The position numbers and the translations under genes were made by a program. Below, one piece after another: positions 36,201 through 48,100 of a stretch of 64,000 nt of DNA (its first letter is position 1; every line of letters begins with the position of its first letter). Under the pieces are notes generated by a model, which ran no database searches, was not told the origin of the DNA, and worked only from the letters and a program-made list of their open reading frames with translations. Origin of the DNA: Macrostomum lignano (taxonomy: Eukaryota); NCBI GenBank assembly GCA_002269645.1, contig NIVC01000282.1:310001-374000 (forward strand), given 5' to 3'.

Positions 36201-39200
36201 GTTTTGAGAGGTGCTTTCCGGCAGATTTGAGACATTCTTTGCGCAGTTTTGAGAGATGCTTTGCAGCAGTTTTGAGAGGTGCTTTCCGGCAGATTTGAGA
36301 CATTCTTTGCGCAGTTTTGAGAGATGCTTTGCAGCAGTTTTGAGAGGTGCTTTCCGGCAGATTTGAGACATTCTTTGCGCAGATTTGAGAGATGCTTTGC
36401 AGCAGTTTTGAGAGGTGCTTTCCGGCAGATTTGAGACATTCTTTGCGCAGTTTTGAGAGATGCTTTGCAGCAGTTTTGAGAGGTGCTTTCCGGCAGATTT
36501 GAGACATTCTTTGCGCAGTTTTGAGAGATGCTTTGCAGCAGTTTTGAGAGGTGCTTTCCGGCAGATTTGAGACATTCTTTGCGCAGATTTGAGAGATGCT
36601 TTGCAGCAGTTTTGAGAGGTGCTTTCCGGCAGATTTGAGACATTCTTTGCGCAGTTTTGAGAGATGCTTTGCAGCAGTTTTGAGAGGTGCTTTCCGGCAG
36701 ATTTGAGACATTCTTTGCGCAGTTTTGAGAGATACTTTGGGGAAGTTTTTAAAGATACTTTGCGTTAGTTTTGAGGGATGCTTTGCTGTTTACAGATTTT
36801 TTAGTAGGTTAGATATTATGATTTATGGTCAGTTTTGATATGGTTCTAGTACTTGTCCCAGGCTGGCCTGCAGGGTGCCAGATGAGCCCACATCCAGCTG
36901 CACTCCCAGAGCACTCGAAGTCTTCTTCAAAGCCTGCAGCGCCCGCTCCGACGGCGGCATGTGGCGCCTTAGAAATGCCAAATCTGGCTGAGAGTCGCGC
37001 AGCTTATGCGCCACAGAACAGTTGGCTAATAGCATGAACTCTTCAATCATTCTGTTGCTGTCTTTCAGCTCGTACACGGAGAATGCAATTGGCGGCGCGG
37101 AGGCGCCAGCATCGGCGCCGTCGGTTGGCGCCTCTGCCAGTCGGAAGGTCAGACGCGGCTGATCGATTCGAAGGGCGCCGTCGGTGAACCGTTGGCGGCG
37201 TAGTTTAACAGCCAGACTGTGCATGGCGCGCACGCTATCGGCCACGGATTGCACGGTGTGCGGCGCTTCTACCCGGGCCGAGGCGCGGCGCAGGTCCGAC
37301 ATGAGAGCGACCTCTTCGGTATTGTTGGAGCCGGATTCCTTCTGGCCGGCTGCATCAGCCACCTGCGGCAATTGGAGGGGCGGTTTAGGGGAATTTGAAG
37401 GCTCGAAGGGGCGATTGTTAATGCCAGTTGAACCATGTGGCGACTCTAGATGTGGTTTACAGCCAAATCTAGGTGGCTTACAGGCGACTCTAGAGGTGGC
37501 TTACAGGCGACTCTAGAGGTGATTCACAGCCAAAACTAGAGGTTGTTTACAGGCGACTCTAGCGGTGATTTACAGGCGATCTAAAGGTGGCTTACAGGCG
37601 ATTCAAGGGGTGGTTTACAGGCGACTCTAGCGGTGGTTTACAGGCGATCTAGAGGTGGTTTACAGCCGATCTAGAGGTGGCTTACAGGCGATCTAGAGGT
37701 GTTTTACAGGCGACTCTAGCGGTAGTTAACAGGCGATCTAGAGGTGGTTTACAGGCGATCTAGAGGTGGTTTACAGGCGATTTAGAGGTGGGTTACAGGC
37801 GACTCTAGCGGTGGTTTACAGGCGACTCTAGCGGTGGTTTACAGGCGATCTTAGAGGTGGTTTACAGGCGACTCTAGGGGTGTTTTACAGGCGATCTAGA
37901 GGTGGTTTACAGGCGATCTAGAGGTGGCTTACAGGCGATCTAGAGGTGTTTTACAGGCGACTCTAGCGGTAGTTAACAGGCGATCTAGAGGTGGTTTACA
38001 GGCGATCTAGAGGTGGTTTACAGGCGATCTAGAGGTGGTTTACAGGCGATCTAGAGGTGGTTTACAGGCGATCTAGAGGTGGTTTACAGGCGATTTAGAG
38101 GTGGTTTACAGGCGACTCTAGCGGTGGTTTACAGGCGATCTAGAGGTGGTTTACAGGCGATCTAGAGGTGGTTTACAGGCGATTTAGAGGTGGTTTACAG
38201 GCGATTTAGAGGTGGTTTACAGGCGATTTAGAGGTGGTTTACAGGCGATCTAGAGGTGGTTTACAGACGACTCTAGAGGTGATTTTTGGACGATTATAGA
38301 GGCAGTCCAAGCTCAGTCGGACCCTACTCCTAAACACACCTGAGCATCTCCGCCCAGGTCCACTTCTTGCGGCTCCCGCATATCGGAATGGCCCTCAATA
38401 AAGTGCTGCGCGTGCTGGTAGCTCAGCTGGCAGCAGGACCGAATGATAGACTTGCCGAACCAAGTAGATTTAAGCTCGCAGCTGTTGGGATCAATTCGCC
38501 AAACAACGCTAAACGCAAGTTTGTCTTCGCGCGGATTCAACGAGCACAGCTGTTCGCATAGACGGCGCGGCAGCATTGGATAGGCCCGCTGCACCAAGTA
38601 GGTGGTGGTGGCCCTGGCGCGTGCGACGGCGTCCACTTTGGAGCCGGGCCGAACGTAGTGGGACACGTCCGCGATGTGTACACCAACCTGGTTGGGGGGG
38701 GGGGGTTCCATAGTTGCTAAGTGTTACTCACTGCACCGGGAGAAAGTTATATCTCAAGTATAAATTTTACAGACAAATTGTCATCGTCACTCACTTCAAC
38801 AGAAAGATGACTAAAACTGCCTAAAATGCCACTCCAGCAGACAAAATATCCCTCTAGCAGAATCAATGTTTCTTCAGCAGACTAAATCTCACTCCAGCAG
38901 ACTAAATCTCACTCCAGAAGACTAAATCTCACTCCAGCAGACTAAATGTCACTCTAGCAGACTAAATTTCACTCCAGCAGACTAAATGATTTCACTACAG
39001 CAGACTAAATGATTTCACTACAGCAGACTAAATGATTTCACTACAACAGACTAAATGATTTCACTACAGCAGACTAAATGATTTCACTACAACAGACTAA
39101 ATGATTTTACTACAGCAGACTAAATGATTTCACTCCAGCAGACTAAATGATTTCACTACAGCAGACTAAATGATTTCACTACAGCAGACTAAATGATGTC

Positions 39201-42200
39201 ACTACAGCAGACTAAATGATTTCACTACAACAGACTAAATGATTTTACTACAGCAGACTAAATGATTTCACTCCAGCAGACTAAATGATTTCACTACAGC
39301 AGACTAAATGATTTTACTACAGCAGACTAAATGATTTCACTACAGCAGACTAAATGATGTCACTACAGCAGACTAAATGATTTCACTACAGCAGACTAAA
39401 TGATTTCACTACAGCAGACTTAATGATTTCACTCCAGCAGACTAAATGATTTTACTACAGCAGACTAAATGATTTTACTACAGCAGACTAAATGATTTCA
39501 CTCCAGCAGACTAAATGATTTCACTACAGCAGACTAAATGATTTCACTACAACAGACTAAATGATTTCACTACAGCAGACTAAATGATTTCACTCCAGCA
39601 GACTAAATGATTTCACTACAGCAGACTAAATGATGTCACTACAGCAGACTAAATGATGTCACTACAGCAGACTAAATGATGTCACTACAGCAGACTAAAT
39701 GATGTCACTACAGCAGACTAAATGATGTCACTACAGCAGACTAAATGATGTCACTACAGCAGACTAAATGATGTCACTACAGCAGACTAAATGATGTCAC
39801 TACAGCAGACTAAATGATGTCACTACAGCAGACTAAATGATGTCACTACAGCAGACTAAATGATGTCACTACAGCAGACTAAATGATGTCACTACAGCAG
39901 ACTAAATGATGTCACTACAGCAAACTAAATGTCACTCTAGCAGACTAAATGTCACTCCAGCAGACTAAATGTCACTCCAGCAGACTAATGTCACTCTAGC
40001 AGACTAAATGTCACTCCAGCAGACTAAATGTCAGCTAAGTAAACCGTCAGCTTAATATCCTAAAAGAAGGGGGGCAGCTGCCACTCTTTGCCCCGTTCCT
40101 CGGTACGTGAGCACCACACCAACAATGATACCATATCAGAGACTGGAACAAACCTCGCAGTCCCCAGACCCGTCGTCCAGCTCCCGAAAGTGTACAGCGT
40201 CGTCCAAATCTCTGGCCGTTTCCGGGTCCACGGTGAACACGCAGTACCGGCTGGGATCTCGGAAATCCCGCCTGCGAGAAACTTCATCACTGTCGATATC
40301 GGCGGAAATTTCGGCCACCTCGGCCAATGTGTCCGGTTCGAAATCTTCAGCATCGATGCTGTGATGCTCGAGTATGACTCTGGTCTCCAGTTCGAGATCA
40401 ATGCGGCCGGCCGCCCGGTTGCCAAGCTGGCGAGAGATTCGAACCTGCGGCATCCGACACTCTGGACGCCAGTCGTTGGCCAGCTCGGCTACGAATAGGG
40501 TGCGCTCGAAGTCGCCCGGCCGGCTGGCGAACATCGGCGGCAGGTCGGAGCGGGGCACCAGGCAGCGCGGCTGGCGGGAGTCCAGCGGAGCGAACAGAAC
40601 CATCGGCTGAGGGAGGGGAAGCGAGGACGCGGTGAATGCTTTGGGGGAAGTTGAACAGGTCCCTTTCGCGTTAGAAATTGGTCACTCTCGTTACGCGTAG
40701 AAATAGGTCACTCTCTCGTTACGCGTAGAAATAGGTGTAAAAACAGGCGTAAAAACACAAAATGCCGTCAATCTCAGAGTTTAGGCACTCACAGAAAGCA
40801 ATTATATGTGAGCAATCATCTCACCTGATTAGAACTGTTGCCAGGCTTCACGTAGCCAACAAACCTCCTATTAGCTAGCTGGCGAACAATGGCCACCACC
40901 TGACCGATTCGTTGCACTTTGTCAACTGGTAAAGGCTGGCACGGGTCTGCGTTGGATTTCAGTATGGCAGCAATTGCCGACTCCTCGCCATTGTCGCCTT
41001 CGCCCTCGCCGTCGTCGTCGCCCCGACTGTCCGGATAGACAACGCCAGGGAACAGTTCGGCGAAGGTGGCCTGACCGCTGGCTAGGACAGACTCCACCGT
41101 CGGCGGCTGCTGCTGCTGGCCGAACTTCGACGGCGTCGATTCGATGTCGAGGCCAGCAGCGCTGCTGGGGTCCAGGCCGATGACCCGCCAGCTCGCGACC
41201 TGGCGACGCATGAAAGGCACATTATTGACAATTCAGTGACACATTTAGCGGCACTCTAGTGACGCTTCAGTGACACATTTATCGACACTCTAGTTAGTGA
41301 CAAGTCGGTGACACATTTAGTGACAAATCAATGATACATTTAGCGACACTCAGTGACAATTCAGTGACACATTTAGCGACACTCTAGTGACAATTCAGTG
41401 ACACATTTATCGACACTCTAGTGACGCTTCAGTGACACATTTATCGACACTCTAGTGACGCTTCAGTGACACATTTATCGACACTCTAGTGACGCTTCAG
41501 TGACACATTTATGGACACTCTAGTTAGAGACAAGTCAGTGACACATTTATCGACACTCTAGTGACGCTTCAGTGACACATTTATGGACACTCTAGTTAGA
41601 GACAAGTCAGTGACACATTTATCGACACTCTAGTGACGCTTCAGTGACACATTTATGGACACTCTAGTTAGAGACAAGTCAGTGACACATTTATCGACAC
41701 TCTAGTGACGCTTCAGTGACACATTTATGGACACTCTAGTTAGAGACAAGTCAGTGACACATTTATCGACACTCTAGTGACGCTTCAGTGACACATTTAT
41801 GGACACTCTAGTTAGAGACAAGTCAGTGACACATTTAGTGATAAATCAGTGACACATTTAGCGGCACTCTAGTGACACATTTAGCGGCACTCTAGTGACA
41901 GATCAGTGACACATTTAGCAACATTCTAGTGACAAAAAATCATGCCACAACTTACCGGCTTGATACGCAGAGCGACTTCGTCGTCATTAAGCGCCCTATT
42001 GCGATCAATCAGGCTGGTAATTAGAATGTCGGAATCGCCGTTCGGATGACTAACAAACGCTTCTTCGAAATTTCTCTGACTAATTCGCACCTGGCCAGTG
42101 ATTAACTCGCCAGAAGCCAGACCGGCGGACACCTCCTGATTAAGAAAGAGAAAATATTTATTGAGTATAAAGTGCACAAATAGCAAGCTGTTTATGTCTG

Positions 42201-44059
42201 AAGGTCAGCTTCTGATTTTCATAAAAAATAGCTTTAGCATTCTTAATTGCTACTGAATTGAAAGTAGCAACTCTAATACAGTTGATGGAGAGGCCTGGGT
42301 GGAGTTCATGCAGTGTCCTCATGGCAACCCATGACTCTACAGGAGGCACAGAGAAGCAGCTCAGCTGGATAATGCCTTCCTAACTCTCAGGCCAAATCAT
42401 GTAGTCACATTGATTTGTAGATCTTGCCAACAAGTTTGGGCTTTTGAGTCCAAGGTTGTAGCCTAGTCGCTAGAGTGTCGGACTCACGACTGAAAGGTCG
42501 GGGGTTCGATTCTCGACCCGATCGGAACAATCTGTGTCCTTGAGCAAGACAACTTAACTCTGCATTGCTTCAGTTCACCAAGCTGTAAAATGGGTGCCAG
42601 CATTAGCTGGGCAATTGACGGTGTGTGTGGCGACCCCCCAGTCCTTGGACTGAACAGCCGTACGCAGCCTTCAGATGCGCCGCGCAATGGCTGCGGCTGA
42701 GCTGTCCGTTGCACATCTGCCCATTGGGGCAGGCGTAATTAATTATTATTGTATTATTACCGACGATCAGAAAGCCGAGGCATTTATGTCAGTGAACACC
42801 GTGACCCGCGTCCCAGAGTCACTTGCGTCGCGCCAGTTGTTTCAGAATCGTTGCAGGCAACACGTAGGTAAAATAGAAAAGAAGACGACTCTTGAAACGA
42901 CGAGATGTCACGGTACAAGTCGCCAAAAAGTCGCCAAAGAGTCTCCTAAGAGTCTATTTAAGGCGTTTTATTGTCTGCGACCCTGGGCGCCGGAGTCGCA
43001 TCTGAGGCGTGCCCGAGTGGCTGCAGAACCGCTGAGTTGCGTCTAAAGCGCATCAGCGACACTTTATGAATTCAGAATCGCATTTCGCATTGATGACAAC
43101 TCCATTTAGGCTACCTGAGTTAGTAGAAAGTTAATCGCCAACACAACGACTTTTGACGACTTTCTCGCGACTCTTTTAAGATTCTGCAACTCACGTGATG
43201 CACTCGTGACCGAACAGTCGCCTCTTCGTTGCATTGCAGTCGTTTGAGTCATTAAAAAGTCACAAGATTCGCCCCAGAGTCGCTATGAAGTTGTTTGCAA
43301 TGACTCTAGCGATACCCGTTTTCAACGGGTGATCGTGTGCCTACCTACTATCAACCTATCTATAGATACTTCAACAGAGATCTATAAGAAAAAAGTCGCA
43401 GACAACTCCATCTAGACAGTCACCTCGGGTGTCAGGTGAGCTACGAACTGCGACGAAGCGCCGTTGGCGCCACCGCCGCCGCTGCCGAACTGTTGCTGCG
43501 ACTGCCGATGCCCGCCGCGATGCCCAGCGCCAGGATAGGGCTGGCCGCTACTGAACTGCCGCTGCTGCTGCTGATAGTGATGATGCTGACTGGCGCCGCC
43601 ACGGCGACCACCGCGTTTGCCAACATAGCCAGGATACTGATGATGATGATGCTGCTGATGGTGATGATTGGGATTGTAGTGTGGATGGTGCCCGCCACCC
43701 CGATGATGATGATGCTGATGATGATGAGGAGGAGGCTGCGGATATCCCGGAGCGTGATGCGGCGGCGGCGGCGCTGGCGGCAGCTGCGGCAGCTGATGCT
43801 GAGTCGAAGTTGATGAAGAAGCTGCCGCTGCTGCGCTGCACTGCAGCTGAGTCTGGGCGCCAGGCAGCGGCGGGCCCTGCAGCTGGGCACCGGCGCCTTC
43901 GGGCGGACAGCCCGGACGGAACACCAGCGGGACGGAGGCCGCCGTACTAGAAGCGCCGTTCGACGTAGAATTGTTGCCGCATTGCTGCTGCTGCTGCGGC
44001 GATGCAGCTGACTGCTGAGTTTGACTACTCACGTTAGTAGCCTCTGATGAGTCGGACAT
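33207..44059 (-). CDS. DIS3L2: DIS3-like exonuclease 2 (canonical-looking paralog B, about 1071 aa)
   Basis: Exons 44059-43424, 42135-41956, 41199-40825, 40606-40154, 38687-38340, 37362-36853, 35842-35594, 34921-34649, 33398-33207, all phase 0. Motifs: [72 protein letters not shown]. Confidence 0.94.
33435..34605. repeat. 28-bp minisatellite (ggatctgggaggctggcccagcaactga)
   Basis: Last intron of DIS3L2 (B). Confidence 0.97.
35030..35530. repeat. 47-bp minisatellite with internal hairpin (actac-ttgca-gtagt)
   Basis: DIS3L2 (B) intron. Confidence 0.95.
35900..36780. repeat. 68-bp higher-order repeat of three about 22-23-bp subunits
   Basis: ttttgagagatgctttgcagcag / ttttgagaggtgctttccggcag / atttgagacattctttgcgcag; near-identical 68-bp period. 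Confidence 0.95.
37440..38285. repeat. 22-bp minisatellite (tagaggtggtttacaggcgatc)
   Basis: DIS3L2 (B) intron. Confidence 0.95.
38870..40025. repeat. 23-bp minisatellite (cagcagactaaatgatttcacta)
   Basis: DIS3L2 (B) intron, with a homogeneous gatgtc-variant block at about 39620-39915. Confidence 0.95.
41230..41935. repeat. Minisatellite with 72-bp dimeric higher-order unit (agtgacacatttat...)
   Basis: DIS3L2 (B) intron. Confidence 0.9.
42454..42760 (+). mobile_element. tRNA-derived SINE with CORE-like central domain
   Basis: Pol III A-box-like TAGCCTAGTCGCTAG and B-box GGTTCGATTC. These are followed by tgtgtccttgagcaagacaacttaactc...cttcagttcaccaagctgtaaaatggg, which resembles the MIR CORE, and a (TTA)-rich tail. 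Confidence 0.75.
42790..43329. mobile_element. Second, longer copy of the same CCC-TIR MITE family
   Basis: Shares long blocks with 24652-25012 (e.g. cccagagtcacttgcgt, gattctgcaactc.cgtgatgc.ctcgtgac, gttgcattgcagtcgtttgagtcatta) and the right end cgttttcaacggg. The left end is degenerate. Confidence 0.72.
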
Positions 44060-44174
44060 GACTTTTCTTCAATTGCAAGCTTGGGTTGGATTGGTATTCT
44101 TTGCTTGCTTATGCAATCCGCTGAAATAAAAATATAAATGTACCTTTATACTTTGAAAATAGCTTAACACGACC

Positions 44175-44545
44175 TCTGGTCCTTCAGCGGGAGTGAAAAC
44201 CCAAGACCTCTGGTCCTTCGGCGGGAGCCGCCAACCCTTAGACCTCTGGTCCTTCAGCGGGAGCCGCTAACCCTTAGGCCTCTGGTCCTTCAGCGGGAGC
44301 CGCTAACCCTTAGGCCTCTGGTCCTTCAGCGGGAGCCGCTAACCCTTAGGCCTCTGGTCCTTCAGCGGGAGCCGCCAACCCTTAGGCCTCTGGTCCTTCA
44401 GCGGGAGCCGCCAACCCTAAGGCCTCTGGTCCTTCAGCGGGAGCCGCCAACCCTTAGGCCTCTGGTCCTTCAGCGGGAGCCGCCAACCCTTAGGCCTCTG
44501 GTCCTTCAGCGGGAGCGAGAACCCAAGACCTCTGGTCCTTCAATG
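44175..44545. repeat. 36-bp minisatellite (cttaggcctctggtccttcagcgggagccgctaacc)
   Basis: Between a donor at 44567 and an acceptor at 44122, i.e. a 5' UTR intron of DIS3L2 (B). Confidence 0.95.
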
Positions 44546-44987
44546 ATCAAATAGAAAGCCGTCTTACCATTAACCAGAACCGAGATCGAACAGCAAAGAT
44601 AGGGTATAAAAACGATCAATAATCTGACTAATTAAAATTTCGGCGTTTTGTTTGGGTACTCAATGACAAGCCTAAACTTACATTATGCATAGATATATGG
44701 ATCTCAGTAGGAATAGGAGTGTTCCCCACAGACAAAAAAGAATTTTAAACACACAGGAGAATGAATGAAAGGCAAATGAATTAACTAAAGGAACAGTATA
44801 TATTTCGTATTCAAATCTTGGTCTTTCAGTATCAAGATTGAAGATATCATTAAATTACACAAGCCAAAATGTGGGAGCTCTAAAACGAACCGGTTCTTAA
44901 CCTTGCGCAAACATGAATACTATGAGTAGAAATGGTCATGCAATTTAATAACAAAAAATAACCCTTGGTCAGTAATAGACAGCTGAA

Positions 44988-44993
44988 TTTATT
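44988..44993 (-). terminator. Candidate polyadenylation signal of DJ-1
   Basis: AATAAA on the minus strand about 195 nt downstream of the DJ-1 stop. Confidence 0.55.
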
Positions 44994-45187
44994 AAAAGTA
45001 TTACCATGAATTAGCCTTAACAAACAATAATCATGAAGCTTATGGGCTGTTCTCTATATATATTCATATACCAAAATTGTTATGAACGAAAATGAGTGGC
45101 TAACTAATAAACTGTGAAAGCGGTTAGGCTATAATGAAAAAAGCGAAAATTTAAGCCTCTCATTGGAGTTTCTTTTAGACCGACCGA

Positions 45188-48100
45188 TCAGATCTTCAGC
45201 AGCATCGGACCTACCAGACTGTCCGCCTTCTCTCGGCCCTGTGAATTTAGAGTGGGACAACAATCAGATGTTTGATTGTCGGGAGCAGAAACATACCATC
45301 AGAGAAAAACAACATATGCCATGAGAGTACAAGAATCCCAGATCCCAATCAGACCAGAAGAATCCCAGATCCCAATCAGACCAGAAGAATCCCAGATCCC
45401 AATCAGACCAGAAGAATCCCAGATCCCAATCAGACCAGAAGAATCCCAGATCCCAAGCAAAAAGAAGAATCCCAAATCCGAAGCAAACAGAAGAATCCCA
45501 AATCCCAAGCAAACAGAAGAATCCCAGATCCCAATCAGGCCAGAAGAATCCCAGATCCCAATCAGACCAGAAGAATCCCAGATCCCAATCAGACCAGAAG
45601 AATCCCAGATCCCAATCAGACCAGAAGAATCCCAGATCCGAAGCAAACAGAAGAATCCCAAATCCCAAGCAAACAGAAGAATCCCAGATCCCAATCAGGC
45701 CAGAAGAATCCCAGATCCCATCAGACCAGAAGAATCCCAGATCCCAATCAGACCAGAAGAATCCCAGATCCCAATCAGACCAGAAGAATCCCAGATCCCA
45801 ATCAGGCCAGAAGAATCCCAGATCCCAATCAGACCAGAAGAATCCCAGATCCGAAGCAAACAGAAGAATCCCAAATCCCAAGCAAACAGAAGAATCCCAG
45901 ATCCCAATCAGGCCAGAAGAATCCCAGATCCCATCAGACCAGAAGAATCCCAGATCCCAATCAGACCAGAAGAATCCCAGATCCCAATCAGGCCAGAAGA
46001 ATCCCAGATTCAAATTAGACCCGTATAATCCCAGATCCCAAGCAAAAAGAAGAATCCCAAATCCGAAGCAAACAGCGGAATCCCAAATCCCAAGCAAACA
46101 GAGGAATCCCAAATCCCAAGCAAACAGAAGAATCCCAAATCCCAAGCAAACAGAGGAATCCCAAATCCCAAGCAAACAGAAGAATCCCAAATCCCAAGCA
46201 AACAGAAGAATCCCAAATCCCAAGCAAACAGAAGAATCCCAGATCCAAATAAAACGGAAGAATCCCAGATCCCAAGCCACCCCACCAACCTGCAGCAGCT
46301 CGACAAGCTTCAGGGCAAACTCGAACGCCGTACCCGGTCCCCGGCTAGTAACCAGGCGACCGTCGGCCGCAACGCAGACTCGCTCCTCGGAATAATTGTA
46401 GCTCTTCAGTTGATCCCGCACACTAGGATGCGAGGTGACGGTTGAGCCGGGCAGGAAGGCGTGGCTCTCCAGCGCGATGCTGGCAGCGCAGATGGCGGCG
46501 ACAATACCGCCTGCGGCGTAGTGCCGCTCCAGCAGGGCCTTCACTGGCAGAGAGGCGGCGAAAGCTTTGGCGCCAGGCAGGCCGCCGGGCAGCACAACGC
46601 AGTCGAATGCGCGATCGGCCACGCTGGCCAGGGAGGCGTGCGGCTGGATGCGGACGTTCCGACTGCAGGTGACAGCGTCGGCTGATTCCAAGCCGGCGAT
46701 GGTGACGTCAACCTGGCCGGATCGATAAATAATTTTCAAGATGCGCCATTGCGGGCCTACGACAATTGACTATTGCAACTTAGCTGCCACAAACTGACTG
46801 TCAGCTGTTTAACTATTGACAAATTGAATTCTGACCCAAACCCTAACCTAAATTCTGACCCAAACCCTAACCTAAACTCTGACCCAAACTATAACCTAAA
46901 GTCTGACCCAAACACTAACCTAAAGTCTGACCCAAACACTAAACTAAAGTCTGACTCAAACTGTAACCTAAAGTCTGACTCAAGCACTAACCTAAAATCT
47001 GACCCAAACCCTAACCTAAGGCCTGACCCAAACCCTAACCTAAAGTCTGACCCAAAACCCTAACCTAAAGTCTGACCCAAAACCCTAACCTAAAGTCTGA
47101 CCCAAAACCCTAACCTAAAGTCTGACCCAAACCCTAACCTAAGGCCTGACCCAAACCATAACCTAAAGTATGACCCAAAACCCTAACCTAAAGTCTGACC
47201 CAAGCCCTAACCTAAACTCTGACCCAAACTATAACATAAAATCTGACCCAAACCCTAACCTAAAGTTAGACCCAAACTGTAACCCAAAGTGTGACCCAAC
47301 CCAGACCCAAACCTAAACCTGACCCAAGTCTGACTTGAACCCTGACCAAAACCCTAATCTAAACCTTGACCTAAACATTGACCCTGATGCAAACCCTAAC
47401 ATAAACCCTGACTAAAACCTATCTAACCCTGACTTAAGCATGGTTTTTAGCTTTATTACCAAATGTTATATAAGATATTACTATTTCATTATAACATTAT
47501 AAAAGATAGAAGCTAAAAACATGTATTTCTGCCATTTAAAAGATCATAAACCAAAGTACGAGTAGATATATAGCCTAGGATCTTTTTCAACAAAGTTCTG
47601 GATCTTGAAATGATATAGAATAAAACCCCCTTAGCTTTGGTTCACAATTATTTACATATATTTCTCCCATTTAAATCATAATAAACCAAGGTGGATATAT
47701 AGGATTCTCTTCAACTTCAATAAACATTTGGTTGATATAAACATCTTACTATCTCTTTGTATCATTTTATTCTATATTTATTTGGAACTGGATACTTTCA
47801 TGATTGAAAAAAGATTGTTTGACTAGATTGCTAGTTTGATATATGATGAAAATGACATGTTTTGTCTTTTTATATCTTTTTTATAGGGATTGTCACAAAT
47901 TTAAATGATCATAAACCAGAGGAATACCAAATACAATACTCTCTACAAAGCTTCATATTGTCAATTTTGAAATTTTATTACTAGACAAGTGATTTAGACT
48001 TTAAATTTTAATTAGACTAAGTTAGAAAATTAAAATAATCATTATATTTATATAATGTTTATGCATCACAGATATAAAGAACAAAAACTAATTTTTTATA

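Noticed and set aside
42185-42450. Possible intronic snoRNA with an 8-bp hairpin
   Set aside because: No convincing C/D or H/ACA box arrangement.
42454-42520. tRNA gene
   Set aside because: No complete cloverleaf or acceptor stem, and it continues into a CORE-like body and tail, so it is a SINE head.
45264-46739. 491-aa DJ-1 ORF with a long hydrophobic repetitive tail
   Set aside because: Read-through into intron 2. Splicing 46290 to 45238 gives a normal DJ-1 C-terminus.
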